Below, in pieces: positions 1 to 8,690 of a stretch of 64,000 nt of DNA. The stretch comes from Rubripirellula sp. (GTDB lineage: Bacteria > Planctomycetota > Planctomycetia > Pirellulales > Pirellulaceae): positions 2,624,001 to 2,688,000 of the forward strand of contig OZ244207.1 of the NCBI GenBank assembly GCA_965216875.1. The letters run 5' to 3'. The notes under the pieces were generated by a model. That model searched no databases. It saw only the letters and a list, made by a program, of their open reading frames with translations, and had not been told where the DNA came from. Position numbers and translations under genes: made by a program. Numbering within the stretch: the stretch's first letter is position 1; every line of letters begins with the position of its first letter.

Positions 1-2025
1 CGTCTCCATCCAAACACCAGGCTTGGGAAGCCGATTGATTAGAACAGGAAAGAAGCAAAGCAGGATGTAGGGGAACGAAATCCCAAGTGCGAAAACCGTG
101 AACAGGAACATCGCCGTGCCAGCACTCTGCTGCAACGTGTAGCTCATCGCGGCACCCAAGAAGGGCCCCGAACAGGGAGTCGCGATCAACGTCGTCAGAA
201 CGCCGGAAAGGAATGACGAGGTGTAGCCTTCTTTGCCTTGAAGATTGCCGCCAACTCGAGTCATCGACGTGCCAATTTCGAACACGCCTGCCATATTCAA
301 ACCCAGCACGAACAACAATACGATCATCGCGCAAACGAAATAGGGATTCCCCATTTGCGCGCCCCAGTTGATGTCTTGCCCGAGCGAAAGTTTGACCAGC
401 AAAATGATGCTCGCCAGGACCCACATCGACACCACGAGACCAGCGGTGAAGGCGATGCCGTGCAATCGGATCTTCGCCGGGTCGCTGCCCGCCTGCTTGA
501 CGAACCCCATCACCTTCAACCCGAGCACTGGGAAGACACAGGGCATCAGATTCAAAAGCATGCCGCCGACAAAAGCACCAAACATGGCTGTCCAGAACGT
601 CGTTTCGTTTCCTGAGCTTACGCCGCCGCTGCCAACGGGATTGGCCGCCATGTCATCGTAGGTCAGGTAGCGAACCTTCTCTTCCGCGTTGTACAGCTTG
701 GCCATCTCGGCGATCAGCTCAGGCGAGTCGGCTCCAGCCTGTACGATCGGCGCGGCCGCTCCCGCAGCTTTGGGGATCGCCACCGCACTCGGTGGGTCGG
801 AAGCGGGAGGTTCAAATGGCTTTTCGTTATCTGAGCTACGTGAAACGGGTGGCACCGATGCCTGGTCGGTCAATGTCGCCTGCTGTCCGCGATTGAGCTT
901 GTCGACCCACTTTGCTTCTGCCGCCGCATCGAGCGCCTCGGCATACTTTGCCGAAGTCAGCTTGACCGTGCCGGGTGTGTTCACCGCAAGATTGGCGTCG
1001 ACCGTGACCTCGGCAACAAACTTGAGCGCCACTGGTCGCTGACAACTGTTGTCAGTGCAGGCTTGGTAGGCAATCAAACCCTCGAGTGTATGGACGCCGA
1101 CGGCCGCGTCTTTTGGAACGGAAACTGGCAACGTCCAAGTTACGGCGCCGTTGTGGTAGTGAATTGCCGGCAACCCCGGTGCGAGGACCTTTGTGATCAC
1201 CTTGCTTGGCGTGGTCGGCGCGCCAACAAGCAGGCCAGCCTTTTGAGTGACGACAAAGTTGGTAGACGATTCGGTGTCGTCAATCGCGCCGCGATAGACG
1301 TGATACGTCGCATCTGGCTTAGCGGTGAATTTCAACTCGATGTCGGCGCCGGGCTTGACGGTTCCAGGAACAACCTCGGCAAACCACTCGACGACATACT
1401 TTCCATCTCGGAACGGTTTGGCCTTGGGCGCTTCCGATTTTTTGGCAGCGACATCAACGTCACCGGAAACCTGAGCAACCAGCGTCTCATTCACCGGCAC
1501 GCAGGATCCGTTTGTCTTGCAAGACAAAGCGGCAACGTCAACCGAAATGGGACCTTTGAAGCCGTTTGGAATGGTGATAGGCGCCGACCAAACAACAACA
1601 TCCTCGTGCTCTTCAACCTTCAACCCGTCATAAACATCTGAGATGGAGGACTTCGGTTGCGAGTCAGGCTTGAAGGGGCCGGCAAGCTCGACGCCAGCGG
1701 TTGCGATCGAAAGCTTGGTCGGAAGGGGTCCGCCCGCAGCTTGAGTCACAGAATAGACGTGCCAGTTTGCACCTAGCCGTACCTCGACTTCGATCACGCC
1801 TGATTCAGAACCCGACACTCCGTATCGCGCTGACCACTCTGACGGCTTGGCTTCTTCGCCAAAACCGTTGAGCGAAAAGTCGGAGAAGATATCGCCAGCT
1901 CCGAAGTCTTGAGCTGTGGATGGGACTGCACCGATAGCGATCAATCCAGCGAAGATCGCATGGACCATCCATCGGTAGGCTTTTTCGGTAGCTCGCGGGG
2001 GAGCCGCTTTGCATGTGTTGGACAT
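1..2025 (-). CDS. dsbD: Thiol:disulfide interchange protein DsbD / cytochrome c biogenesis protein (3' end outside window)
   Basis: Manual minus-strand translation: N-terminal WHVYS motif; TM-domain motifs LNLMPCVFPVLGLKV, TPCSGPFLG and LPKPGVWMET. In-frame ATG at 2025. Missing from the ORF track because its stop is outside the window. Confidence 0.88.
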   Translation of the reverse strand, partial: MSNTCKAAPPRATEKAYRWMVHAIFAGLIAIGAVPSTAQDFGAGDIFSDFSLNGFGEEAKPSEWSARYGVSGSESGVIEVEVRLGANWHVYSVTQAAGGPLPTKLSIATAGVELAGPFKPDSQPKSSISDVYDGLKVEEHEDVVVWSAPITIPNGFKGPISVDVAALSCKTNGSCVPVNETLVAQVSGDVDVAAKKSEAPKAKPFRDGKYVVEWFAEVVPGTVKPGADIELKFTAKPDATYHVYRGAIDDTESSTNFVVTQKAGLLVGAPTTPSKVITKVLAPGLPAIHYHNGAVTWTLPVSVPKDAAVGVHTLEGLIAYQACTDNSCQRPVALKFVAEVTVDANLAVNTPGTVKLTSAKYAEALDAAAEAKWVDKLNRGQQATLTDQASVPPVSRSSDNEKPFEPPASDPPSAVAIPKAAGAAAPIVQAGADSPELIAEMAKLYNAEEKVRYLTYDDMAANPVGSGGVSSGNETTFWTAMFGAFVGGMLLNLMPCVFPVLGLKVMGFVKQAGSDPAKIRLHGIAFTAGLVVSMWVLASIILLVKLSLGQDINWGAQMGNPYFVCAMIVLLFVLGLNMAGVFEIGTSMTRVGGNLQGKEGYTSSFLSGVLTTLIATPCSGPFLGAAMSYTLQQSAGTAMFLFTVFALGISFPYILLCFFPVLINRLPKPGVWMET

Positions 2026-2100
2026 CGTTATTCCGTCGCAGACGTTCTCACGCAAAAAATTCTAGTTGTGTGGGGAATTGCGGGTCAATGTTGCCGCATT

Positions 2101-3177
2101 TCACCCAATTTGCCTCGGCTCGCAGAATCGTAGCAATTCGGAGATTCGCGTCGCAACATCACGGGCGAGGCGGGGGTTTTCGCCTGGTGCGAGAGGAAAG
2201 CGGTTTCCATCCATGATCCAGACTGCCCAATTCGCCAAACTGATCCACCGCGTCGCTGTACTCAGTGCGATGGCAAGGCGAATGGTTTCTTCATGGTTCT
2301 TCGGACAGTTTTGGGTCCGCTCCAGAGGATTCTCTCCCTGTTTTGAGGATGGGGAATCTGCGTCGTTTTCCGCCAGGGCCGCCCACCAGATTTCGGGATC
2401 GCCACCCTGCTCGAAACTGCCGATCCATCGAGCAAGGTCAGTCAGGGGGGTATCGATTCGGATGGCGTCGTAGTCGATCACCCCAGAGACATTCCCCTCG
2501 TTAAAAAGAACGTGCTTGCGGTGGACATCTCGCAAGACGTACCGAGTCTCAACTGGCCGACTTCGAAAGGGTGCGAGCTGGTTGACGATCCATTCCGAAG
2601 CGACCGTCCAAGACTCAGCCAACCGTGTCCTCAAACGGACGAGCGATTCGTTGAGGCACGGGTCGCAAGGAGTCGAGGTCGGCCGGGCAAGCACTTCTGG
2701 CAAACGCTTTGACAACAGCTGTATGCGTTCCCATCGCGCGATCACCGCAGGCGCAACCTGGGTTTTGGTTCCAAGGATCGACGTTGCCTCATGAACCTGC
2801 CGGATCGCATCCACACCGCGGAGGATCGATTCACGACCGGCATCGACTGCCAAACACTCTCCGACGTGCCAACGCGCCACCTCCCAGTACTGACCATCGA
2901 ACGACTGAATCGATCGGTCGTCGGACGACCATAGCAATGGCGGAGCCAGTGCCCGACAAGATGTTGCGGCGGCGACCACGACTCGATGCACTTCACGAAT
3001 TCGGTCAAGCTTAGTGCCGCTCGGCCACGCGCGTAGCGCGAACATCTGGCCATCATCGCCTTGGCAGCGGAACACCGAGGCGCCGCTTAGCCCTCCGCCC
3101 ATCGCCGTGGCAGTCCGGATTCCGAATCGATCGCGAATCAGTCCAGTGAGCGCGGCAGGCAGTTGCGAATCAGTCAC
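2101..3177 (-). CDS. Aminoglycoside phosphotransferase / type II homoserine kinase-like protein
   Basis: GGGLSGASVF Gly-rich loop, RDVHRKHVLF catalytic-loop-like motif, GVIDYD metal-binding motif. Confidence 0.75.
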   Translation of the reverse strand: MTDSQLPAALTGLIRDRFGIRTATAMGGGLSGASVFRCQGDDGQMFALRAWPSGTKLDRIREVHRVVVAAATSCRALAPPLLWSSDDRSIQSFDGQYWEVARWHVGECLAVDAGRESILRGVDAIRQVHEATSILGTKTQVAPAVIARWERIQLLSKRLPEVLARPTSTPCDPCLNESLVRLRTRLAESWTVASEWIVNQLAPFRSRPVETRYVLRDVHRKHVLFNEGNVSGVIDYDAIRIDTPLTDLARWIGSFEQGGDPEIWWAALAENDADSPSSKQGENPLERTQNCPKNHEETIRLAIALSTATRWISLANWAVWIMDGNRFPLAPGENPRLARDVATRISELLRFCEPRQIG

Positions 3178-3679
3178 GGTTAATGCGTTGGGCGATCTTC
3201 TCGGCCACTTCCTGCATCGCCGGACTGTCGCTTCGAATCGTCACTTCGCGATCATCGCTGCCGGGAACACCACTGTCGGAAACCAGGGCGATGTCGATCC
3301 AAATCGTTGACTCGGGCATCGTGTCGACAACTCGGTCCGCCCATTCAACCAAGGTCCAAGCCGAACCATCTTCGAACAGTTCGTCGACCCCCAATTCAAT
3401 GAACTCGTCGTCATCGGCAACGCGATAAGCGTCCAGGTGGTGTAGCACGACTTTTCCCTGATACGTTTGCAACAGGGTGAAGGTCGGACTTGTGACGTCG
3501 GTGACATCGATCCCGGCCGCTTCCGCAACCTTTTGAACGAGGGTCGTTTTCCCGGCGCCGAGCGTTCCCGTCAGGCCGATCACGCTGCCTGGTGGGATCT
3601 CTTCGAGCATCACCGCAGCCAGTTGCGAGACGCGAGAAAGAGAGAGCTGCGAAATGGTCTGGGCGGACATGCGGTTCAA
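3170..3679 (-). CDS. tsaE: tRNA t6A biosynthesis ATPase TsaE
   Basis: GTLGAGKTT, VTSPTFTL, HLDAYR and VEWA motifs. Confidence 0.95.
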   Translation of the reverse strand: MNRMSAQTISQLSLSRVSQLAAVMLEEIPPGSVIGLTGTLGAGKTTLVQKVAEAAGIDVTDVTSPTFTLLQTYQGKVVLHHLDAYRVADDDEFIELGVDELFEDGSAWTLVEWADRVVDTMPESTIWIDIALVSDSGVPGSDDREVTIRSDSPAMQEVAEKIAQRINRD

Positions 3680-4932
3680 GCTGGCTGGAAGTACTTGATG
3701 ACGGTTGCGGCAAAGGTTTTTACACCAACGGCGAGCGCCCGTTCATCGATATCAAAGGTCGAGGTGTGCAAGGGTGCCGACCCGACTTGGTCGCCGGACA
3801 CGCCGAGTCGGAACATTGCTCCGGGCACATGCTCAAGGTAGTAAGAAAAGTCTTCGCTGCCCATGCTTGGTTCATCGATTGATTCAACTGCCGCTGGGGA
3901 AACGGCCAAAACGGCGGCCTCATCAAGAAGGTCCACCATCTGGGGATCGTTCACCACCGCCGGTGCGGAAAACGGTAACGTCATCTCGACCTTACATCCC
4001 GTTTCGCGACGAATCGACTCGCAAACGTCTTCTAGCGTTTCCAATGCAACACCTCGACTTTCGGCATCAAGCGAACGCAACGAGGCTCGAATCATTGCGG
4101 TGTCCGGGATGACGTTGGGGCTATTGCCAGCCGAGATCTGCCCCACCGAAATCACGACGGTTTCGTGCGGATTGGCTGTCCGCGAAATCCGCCGAAACGC
4201 CGATTGGACCCAATGGGTACTTGCATCAATCGGGTCGTTGGTCAAATGAGGCCGTGCACCGTGGCCACCGCGCCCGACAAAATCGACCTGCAACAAATCG
4301 GCTGCCGCACACAACACGCCCTTGCGAAGTCCAACGCACCCCACGCTTCGCGCTGGGTCGACGTGCAGAGCAAGGATCCGATCGATGTCGCGTAGCGCAT
4401 GATGATGGATCATGTGCTTGGCACCGGTGCAATGCTCTTCGGACGGTTGCAGTATGGCTCGCACCGCGATCGGCCAAGGCAATTGCCGCAGCCGGTGCAT
4501 CGTGCTTAGCAATTGCATGGCGCCGATGACAATGGTCGCATGCACATCGTGCCCACAAGCATGCATTACGCCTTCGCATTGACTCTTGTATTCGACCGTC
4601 TTGGCATCCTGGATGGGCAGCGCGTCGATATCGCCGCGAATAGCCAGCCGCTTTCCCTTTGCCGCTGCAGGGGCCGAAATCAGATCGGCGGTCACTCCGC
4701 GACCTTCACCGGCGACGTGCGTGGGCAGGTCAAGTTTGCCAAGCTCTGAGTTGAGGAACTCGGTCGTCATGTGCTCTTTGCCAGAGAGCTCGGGATTGCG
4801 ATGCAGATGGCGGCGCATCGCGATCCATTGGTCGTTCATCGCCTGGGCGTGCGATTGAATGTGTTCGATCCAGTCCAAATCGCTACGGATACGAGGTGCG
4901 TCTTCGATGGTCAAAGGAAAGGCGATACCCAA
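3676..4932 (-). CDS. M20D family amidohydrolase
   Basis: RRHLHRNPELSGKE, RGDIDALP, MHACGHDVH, QPSEE, GGHGARPH and GSEDF motifs. Confidence 0.93.
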   Translation of the reverse strand: MGIAFPLTIEDAPRIRSDLDWIEHIQSHAQAMNDQWIAMRRHLHRNPELSGKEHMTTEFLNSELGKLDLPTHVAGEGRGVTADLISAPAAAKGKRLAIRGDIDALPIQDAKTVEYKSQCEGVMHACGHDVHATIVIGAMQLLSTMHRLRQLPWPIAVRAILQPSEEHCTGAKHMIHHHALRDIDRILALHVDPARSVGCVGLRKGVLCAAADLLQVDFVGRGGHGARPHLTNDPIDASTHWVQSAFRRISRTANPHETVVISVGQISAGNSPNVIPDTAMIRASLRSLDAESRGVALETLEDVCESIRRETGCKVEMTLPFSAPAVVNDPQMVDLLDEAAVLAVSPAAVESIDEPSMGSEDFSYYLEHVPGAMFRLGVSGDQVGSAPLHTSTFDIDERALAVGVKTFAATVIKYFQPA

Positions 4933-5030
4933 AAAGCAAGTTCAAGAAGCAATCAATCCGACGCCGCCTCATTCTAGCGCGTTTGCGAAAGCAGAGCTAC
5001 GTGGGAGCCTATAGCAGCCGCCCAAACATA

Positions 5031-5275
5031 GTCGCCTTTCGCTCCGCGAAAGTAGCGTGCCCAAGACAGTCATGGACGTCTTTCGCTCCGCGAAAGTGGC
5101 GTCAAATACTGGCCGTCCGAAAAACACTGCTTTCGCGGAGCCTGTGCTTTTTTGTTAGCCGAGTTTCGAAATCGCCGCCTTTTGCTGGGCAAACGTAGCG
5201 TTTGCCGACGCTACTTTCGCGGAGCGAAAGGCGACATTCATAACCCCCCAGCCCAGGAGCAAAAGCGACATTGAT
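5031..5275. repeat. REP/REPIN cluster downstream of RAYT
   Basis: Palindromic core CTTTCGC-TCC-GCGAAAG forward at ~5031-5057 and ~5078-5101; partial reverse copy ~5129-5141; full reverse copy ~5208-5236; degenerate copy ~5256-5275. Confidence 0.9.
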
Positions 5276-5925
5276 CAGATACCTTCGTACTCCCGCAACA
5301 AATACTCGCTGTCACGAAGCCCTGCTTTCCTACCGTTGTCTCTGATGTATTTGCGCAGGTACTCATACTGCTCTGGGCTTCGAACGAGATGGTCAAACGG
5401 CTCCTGCTGCCAGAATTTGCCAAAGTCGCCTAGAAGCAGGTTGATCTGCCGCGCAGTAAAATGGAGCCATGAATCACATTGCTCAACCAAGGCGTCTTCG
5501 CATCGAAAGCTCGCGAGCAGGTGCACATGGTTGGGCATGACCACAAAATCGCCCATCCGGTACCGGTCGCCGTCGAAGAACAAGAGAGAATCCGCAACAA
5601 GCTGCGAGAGCTTGGGCTCACGTAGCACGCAACGACCGCAGCAGGTATCAAGGAAGTCCTCGCGACAACGATTGAAATGCTGCTTGAACTTCCTCTGAAG
5701 TCGGGGTTCAAGTTTTGGAAGCACTTCGCGCCAGTTTTTGGTTGCGCCTGCATGAGCCGCAACCCACTCGTTCTTCTCTCGCTCCCACCGCTCCGAAACC
5801 TCTCGTGGAACGGAATCCGCGGTCCGGAAGGTGATAAACACCACCGCTCCAGCCTGAGACCAATGCGGTCGGAAATGCTCTGCTATCGAAAGCGGAGCTT
5901 GCGGGTCGAAAACCTCACCAAGCAT
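5275..5925 (-). CDS. REP-associated tyrosine transposase (RAYT / TnpA-REP, Y1 HUH family)
   Basis: FITFRTADS, VVMPNHVHLL (HUH), FWQQEPFDHLVR, and catalytic Tyr in YIRDN; flanked by REPs. Start is ATG 5925 or TTG 5967. Confidence 0.92.
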   Translation of the reverse strand: MLGEVFDPQAPLSIAEHFRPHWSQAGAVVFITFRTADSVPREVSERWEREKNEWVAAHAGATKNWREVLPKLEPRLQRKFKQHFNRCREDFLDTCCGRCVLREPKLSQLVADSLLFFDGDRYRMGDFVVMPNHVHLLASFRCEDALVEQCDSWLHFTARQINLLLGDFGKFWQQEPFDHLVRSPEQYEYLRKYIRDNGRKAGLRDSEYLLREYEGI

Positions 5926-5973
5926 TGCCTTTGCCCCAAAATCAAATCCTAAACCACCCGTTTGCAAATCATT

Positions 5974-6099
5974 ATCGCCTTTCGCTCCGCGAAAGTAGCG
6001 CGACTCAGACAGGCATCATCGCCTTTCGCTCAGCGAAAGTAGCGCCGAGCACCAGCCGTCCGAAAAACGCAACTTTCGCGGAGCGAAAGGCGACATTGA
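5974..6099. repeat. REP/REPIN cluster upstream of RAYT
   Basis: Forward REPs ~5974-6000 and ~6018-6044; reverse REP ~6068-6096. Confidence 0.9.
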
Positions 6100-7341
6100 T
6101 TAGCCCTTTCGTTTGCGTTGGGCTGCGAAGTAACGCGACAACTCGTCGAGGCTGATGCGCTGATCGCCGTCTCGGTCGGCGGACAAAACTGTCCTGGGAA
6201 GCTGCCCCGGTTTCGGCGTCGCGTGCAGCTCAAACTCTTCGATGAACTTACTCTTGTTTTCATCGTGCCGCCGCAACATCACCTTGGCCTTTTCAAAATC
6301 TTCCTCGATGTAGCCCTTTTCTCGGCGGCTGTCGGCAATGATTTTCTCGACTTCGGCAATCGTCACCACACCATCCGAGTTGCCGTCGTATTGCATGTAC
6401 TGCTTCTGCAGCGAGTCCGGAAAACTCACTTCGTCGTTTCCAATCTTGCCGTCGCCATTGAGGTCAAACTGTTGAAAGAGGCGTCGAACTTTGAACGTAT
6501 CGGGCTTCGTCAGTCCTGTATCGCGACGATGCCGTGCCAACATCGTTGCGATCTCGATCATGGCCAGGTTTCCGTTTCCATCTTCATCAAAATCTTTGGC
6601 TGGCTTGGGTAATGGGACGTTTTTTCGTTCCTCTTCGCTCAGCTGCTTATCGCCATCGGTGTCAAAGCGGTTGACGATCGCCATCGCCCCCGTTTGATCG
6701 ACAGCTTCGATCCCCATCTCACGCCTGAGGCCACGATTGAAGGCGAACTGTCGTTGCATTTCCTTTTCCGAGATGATGCCGTCGCCGTTGGCATCGTAAT
6801 CTTCGGGGTTGCTCGGCCAGCCACCACTTTCGATTTCAACGGGATCCAATTGGCGATTGCGGTTCTTGTCGTGACGCATCAAGAACTTGTTCACATTGTT
6901 AACGTCGAACGCGGTGATACCATGGTCGCCGCGCAGCTTGGCTTCTCGCAATGCAAATTCGAGGTGAGCGAGTTTGCCGTCGCGGTTGAGATCAAAGTCC
7001 TTGATTTCCTTCTTCCATCGAATTCGAACCTGTTCCTCTTTGTCGACAAGTCCATCGTCATCACGGTCATAGATGGACATCATCTGATCCGCCGTGGCGA
7101 CATCCGAACCTATCAGGACCAATGCATAGAGATCGACTTTCTCCTGTTCGGCCTGTCCCCGATGGGCTGTTGTTTGGGCAAGACCAGAGACAGATTGGAC
7201 AAGTCCCGCGGGCAACCATGCGGCAATCGCAACCGCCAAGGTCCGAGCAACTTGATTGATGCGACAGGAATAACCGGACCAAATCCGAGTCACTGTGCTG
7301 AAACGGCAATCACGCGGATTGAACAGATGCATGTCTCGCAT
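6100..7341 (-). CDS. Exported multi-EF-hand calcium-binding protein (start uncertain)
   Basis: Ten DxDxDG-type loops (e.g. DRDDDGLVD, DLNRDGKLA, DANGDGIIS, DLNGDGKIG, DRDGDQRIS) and a hydrophobic N-terminal segment. Confidence 0.82.
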   Translation of the reverse strand: MRDMHLFNPRDCRFSTVTRIWSGYSCRINQVARTLAVAIAAWLPAGLVQSVSGLAQTTAHRGQAEQEKVDLYALVLIGSDVATADQMMSIYDRDDDGLVDKEEQVRIRWKKEIKDFDLNRDGKLAHLEFALREAKLRGDHGITAFDVNNVNKFLMRHDKNRNRQLDPVEIESGGWPSNPEDYDANGDGIISEKEMQRQFAFNRGLRREMGIEAVDQTGAMAIVNRFDTDGDKQLSEEERKNVPLPKPAKDFDEDGNGNLAMIEIATMLARHRRDTGLTKPDTFKVRRLFQQFDLNGDGKIGNDEVSFPDSLQKQYMQYDGNSDGVVTIAEVEKIIADSRREKGYIEEDFEKAKVMLRRHDENKSKFIEEFELHATPKPGQLPRTVLSADRDGDQRISLDELSRYFAAQRKRKG

Positions 7342-7550
7342 TTCGATGGCCTTGGGGCTGTGGTGAGGGACGGCTACCGAGGGCCATCATACCGCCCGCG
7401 AGCCCCCCGTTGCTGCTAGAAAAAACAGCTGACACCACCGCATTTGGGCCAGCGCGAACCAAGGCTCGTATTACTCTCTTGCGGCAAGTCGAGTACGATT
7501 CGCCCGGTGTTTGGCTGACAGCCGCGGAACCACTGACGAGGAAAGAGTTC

Positions 7551-8690
7551 TTGATCGACATTTCGGAATGGGTCGTTTGGCTGATGGTGGTGACGATCGT
7601 CCCACCGTTTGTGGTTTGCGCTCTGTCGCTCTACCCGATCCGCCGGAATGCCGCCAAACTCGGTTTGCTTGATCGCCCCGGTGGCCACAGCACGCACACC
7701 GATGTCACCCCGCTTGGTGGTGGAATCGGAATCTGGCTTGGGATCATCGCCACATTCGCCGCGGGGACATTTGCAGTGATGTATGCCCGATCGTCACCTG
7801 AGCTACAGGCTCGCTTGCCCGAGGGGGTCGTCCCCTATTTGGATGGCATTTGGTCGCGAGCGGGAAGTCTATGGGGTTTGCTTGCCGGAGGTTCGATTCT
7901 GGTAGCGCTCGGCGTGACCGATGACCGCCGTGGGGTCAATGTCGCAACAAGATTGATCGTTGAGTTTGCGGTTGCCGCCTTCGTCGTCTACGTCCTCGAC
8001 TTTCGATTGACTGCCTTCATTGGCATCGCATGGCTGACCGATCTGATGTCGGTTGTCTGGATCGTCGCCGTGATCAACTCGTTCAACATGCTCGATAACA
8101 TGGACGGCCTTAGTGGCGGTGTCGCCGCGATCATCGCTCTTTCGATGGCGATCGTGATGCTGTCGACTCCCGACCCAACGACTCGGCAACCTCAACTACT
8201 CGTCGCGGCATTGTTGCTTGTTGCGTTTGGCTCGCTGCTCGGATTCCTCTGGCACAATCGACCGCCGGCAAAAATCTTTATGGGAGACGGTGGCAGCTAC
8301 CTCGTTGGATTCTTGATTGCCGTGGCCATGTTGATGGCAACGTTCGCGAGTGGCGATGAGATGCGTGTGCATGCCGTCTTCGCGCCGCTCTGTGCGATGG
8401 CGGTACCGCTGTATGACATGAGCACGGTTTTGTGGATTCGTATTCGAGAAGGCCGCAGTCCCTTCAAAGGTGATCGCAGCCACTTCTCGCATCGCCTGGT
8501 CGACCTGGGACTGAGTCGAGTCCGCGCCGTCCTGACGATCTATTTGGTCACCGCGACGTGCGGCTTGGCAGCCATCTTGCTTACTCAAGTCTCTGTCTAC
8601 AGCGCGATCATGGTCATTGGGATCGTGCTTTGCATGCTGTTGCTCATCGTCATTTTGGAGTCGACCGGGTGGCGAAAAGACAACGAGTGA
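7551..8690 (+). CDS. MraY/WecA family (Glycos_transf_4) undecaprenyl-phosphate sugar-1-P transferase
   Basis: DRPGGHSTH, TPLGGG, GVTDD, NSFNMLDNMDGL, IFMGDGGS and DRSHFSHRL motifs; likely TTG start 7551 after GAGGA. Confidence 0.9.
   Translation: MIDISEWVVWLMVVTIVPPFVVCALSLYPIRRNAAKLGLLDRPGGHSTHTDVTPLGGGIGIWLGIIATFAAGTFAVMYARSSPELQARLPEGVVPYLDGIWSRAGSLWGLLAGGSILVALGVTDDRRGVNVATRLIVEFAVAAFVVYVLDFRLTAFIGIAWLTDLMSVVWIVAVINSFNMLDNMDGLSGGVAAIIALSMAIVMLSTPDPTTRQPQLLVAALLLVAFGSLLGFLWHNRPPAKIFMGDGGSYLVGFLIAVAMLMATFASGDEMRVHAVFAPLCAMAVPLYDMSTVLWIRIREGRSPFKGDRSHFSHRLVDLGLSRVRAVLTIYLVTATCGLAAILLTQVSVYSAIMVIGIVLCMLLLIVILESTGWRKDNE

Noticed and set aside
238..1641. Several + strand ORFs in the ORF track
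   Set aside because: Shadows of the minus-strand dsbD, which the track missed because it runs off the window
5275..5967. IS200/IS605 element with TnpB/omega-RNA
   Set aside because: No tnpB or iscB nearby; motifs and multiple flanking REPs fit RAYT
5031..6099. Palindromic repeats with spacers as a CRISPR array
   Set aside because: Mixed orientations, spacers homologous between the two clusters, no cas genes, and an adjacent RAYT explains them as REPs
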